IMG/VR virus record: IMGVR_UViG_3300044568_003163
Coordinates: 230,035 to 294,034 of that record
Direction: 5' to 3' (one strand)
DNA length: 64,000 nt
Each line of letters opens with the position of its first letter. The stretch's first letter is position 1. Below are positions 62,004 to 64,000 of the stretch, in pieces. A model generated the notes under the pieces. It was not told the origin of the DNA. It worked only from the letters and a program-made list of their open reading frames with translations, and did not search any database. A program made the position numbers and the translations under genes.

Positions 62004-64000
62004 TTATTTTTTCTCAAGCACTATAGAAAATGCTATAGAATAGTTCTTGTCTGTTGGTATATTATATATCAACTGGAAATCCAAGTCTTCAGGAGATTGG
62101 AATATTGTTTGGAAGTTTTTAGTCTTTTGATATCCGTTAGCAATTTTTTGTTCGTCGGTTAATAGATATGCGATATTAGGTAGAGAACTACCTTTCTTCC
62201 AGAATTTCTCCCATAAAATTATTTCTTTGATTACATAACGTTCTAGTATGTTTTCTGATATGTAAGTTTTTATGTCATCATCTTGATTAGGATTACCGAA
62301 AGAATATGCAGGATTCATATATGCATAGAAATCTTGACCAAAACCGTCTATGATTAATTGGTCTTGTAAAGCTAACGAAGTAAATATTTTCACATTTAAA
62401 GTTTTACTTCTTTCAAATGTTGTTTCTTCTTCAACAATATTTTGAGGAATTCTAGTAATTTTAGACAACTGACCTATAACAGATCGTTTAATTACTCCGC
62501 TAGGAAAAGTTTCTAAATTTATAGTATTTGGTATTGCAATAACTTTAGATCCAAAGAAAGATTTAATTTCTTTAGGTTCTCTAGTACCTATTACTCCAGA
62601 TTGAATATTAGACTTTATAAATTTATTGTAAAAATTAGTATCCCAATTGCTTTTAAACAAAAACATATCTTTATTATAAATAGCGGTTTCGTCTATTAAA
62701 GGATATACTGAAGAATTTTTCGTCAATGTAGAACGCAAAATAACATTCGGACTTTCCGTATTTACTTTATTGAAATGTAAGTTTTTAAGCATAAATAGAT
62801 TATCATCGGCAAATGTAGGTTGAGACGTCATCAACTGTATATTATTATACGTTAAAGAATTTCCATTCAACGCAGTCATTCCTTTGATGTCATCAGTATC
62901 AATAAATGAAACTACGTCTTTCCACTTAGGATTATAAGGACCACGATATCTAGATAATTGTTGTAATTCAACTCTAGGTTTCGCAGTAAGTTCATAACCT
63001 ATTATTTTAGAAGAACTTACTAAGTCAGTTGGTTTTTGTTTTATTACATCATATTTTAAATACGTAGACTTAACCGGATAATCAGGTCTAGTAAGTTCCA
63101 CCAAATATTCGTTTTCTGAAATTTCTCCAATTTCGCTCACATTTAAGTACCTAACATTAGGATTTCCACTATTTATTTGATCTGATATCGACGCAAAAGA
63201 AATAGATTCCATAATAGGAATGTATGCATTATATCCACCTCCTTTATATTTAGGAACTTGTGTTATTATTGCAGGATACGAATTATAAGGTATTGTAGTA
63301 GTAAACCAAGCCGAAGGGCATTTACCTAAGACGTAATTATAATATCCAGCAGGATTCAAAGGAAGGAGTTCTAGATCGTTTAAATTAGGATTTCCTTGAG
63401 CTATCGGGGCAAGTATTGATGGACCTATTATGCCCACGTCATATAACAATATATCTTTACATCTAAATGTGTTAGCCGTAGGTCGAGTAATATCGTTGAA
63501 TGTGATTACTCTATTTCCTAATGTTAAGGTAATATTATTATAGCCACCATTTTCATTGAGATTTAATTCTGATGAGTAATTTGGACTGGTTCCATTTTGA
63601 TCGGTTCTACCATATACCGTCCATTGAAAACTGCTATCACCAGGAATATTACCTATCGTATCCCATTTGTATATTTGACCTGATAGATTTATATCTTTGT
63701 AGTCTAAATATCCAGCAGTAGCACCATCTGGAGCTGTATACTCTAATTTATGATTTAATGTATATAAAGAAGATCGATCAATAAAATTATAAGCAGTTCC
63801 TCCTTGCATATATTCTAATAAGACTGGATCTTTAAGATCTGATCTTACTACTAAAGTAAGAGCTTTAAATTTGTCATTTTTAATAAATGTCAATTCTGTA
63901 CCATAATCACTATACGTTAATACACATGAAAATTTATATCCATTGTATAGAGGATTAGGTAAGAATTTTAAAGATTCTGTATTATAATTGATATTAGAAT
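62004..64000 (-). CDS. Large putative baseplate/structural protein, N-terminus beyond the window
   Basis: The frame stays open past the track's TTG at 63893 to the window edge (manual translation ...SNINYNTESLKFLPNPLYNGYKFSCVLTYSDYGTEL). Confidence 0.65.
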   Translation of the reverse strand, partial: SNINYNTESLKFLPNPLYNGYKFSCVLTYSDYGTELTFIKNDKFKALTLVVRSDLKDPVLLEYMQGGTAYNFIDRSSLYTLNHKLEYTAPDGATAGYLDYKDINLSGQIYKWDTIGNIPGDSSFQWTVYGRTDQNGTSPNYSSELNLNENGGYNNITLTLGNRVITFNDITRPTANTFRCKDILLYDVGIIGPSILAPIAQGNPNLNDLELLPLNPAGYYNYVLGKCPSAWFTTTIPYNSYPAIITQVPKYKGGGYNAYIPIMESISFASISDQINSGNPNVRYLNVSEIGEISENEYLVELTRPDYPVKSTYLKYDVIKQKPTDLVSSSKIIGYELTAKPRVELQQLSRYRGPYNPKWKDVVSFIDTDDIKGMTALNGNSLTYNNIQLMTSQPTFADDNLFMLKNLHFNKVNTESPNVILRSTLTKNSSVYPLIDETAIYNKDMFLFKSNWDTNFYNKFIKSNIQSGVIGTREPKEIKSFFGSKVIAIPNTINLETFPSGVIKRSVIGQLSKITRIPQNIVEEETTFERSKTLNVKIFTSLALQDQLIIDGFGQDFYAYMNPAYSFGNPNQDDDIKTYISENILERYVIKEIILWEKFWKKGSSLPNIAYLLTDEQKIANGYQKTKNFQTIFQSPEDLDFQLIYNIPTDKNYSIAFSIVLEKK

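Noticed and set aside
1-64000. tRNA or other structured RNA genes
   Set aside because: Intergenic gaps are short and explained by promoters or terminators; no cloverleaf or T-loop signature was seen by eye. A tRNAscan/Infernal run would be definitive.
1-64000. Stop-codon reassignment as in some large Bacteroidota phages
   Set aside because: Conserved genes are full length and coding density is near complete under the standard code.
1-64000. Eukaryotic giant virus or bacterial chromosome origin (PolB, RFC-like, RNR, Fpg, RimK present)
   Set aside because: The T4-type portal, protease, capsid, gp55, gp2/gp4, gp32 and UvsW set and its order identify a tailed phage.

Overview
A 64 kb slice of a large, AT-rich T4-like dsDNA myophage genome in the standard genetic code. 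Every credible gene is on the minus strand. The head module is gp23 capsid, a gp21 protease fused to a scaffold-like domain, gp20 portal, gp2 and gp4. Also present are a minimal gp55 late sigma factor and tail proteins (gp15-like, gp3-like, fibre/baseplate genes). A near-complete T4-type replication and recombination set is present: RNase H, clamp loader, clamp, a PolB split over two genes, gp41, gp61, gp32, UvsX/Y/W, gp46/47 and a RuvC-like resolvase. Nucleotide and repair genes include RNR, dUTPase and Fpg. A TAnnTTTG-type promoter, A-rich starts without Shine-Dalgarno sequences and a Flavobacterium-type (class Id-like) RNR point to a Bacteroidota host (inference). The most striking unexplained structure is a family of about 18 unrelated proteins sharing an N-terminal M-K-x(2-5)-[FY]-x-[ED]-[FYW]-x-x-E peptide. 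This resembles the T4 capsid-targeting sequence; several of these genes sit behind a candidate late-promoter motif, and the cargo includes a RimK ligase fused to a RimB-like protease. Other highlights are a Hint domain ending HN-K in a putative structural protein, a scaffold made of twelve 14-residue units rich in protease-type sites, three candidate promoter classes, and a repeat-rich leader on the SSB gene. No tRNA, rRNA or CRISPR array was seen. All assignments come from motif recognition by eye; no database search was run.
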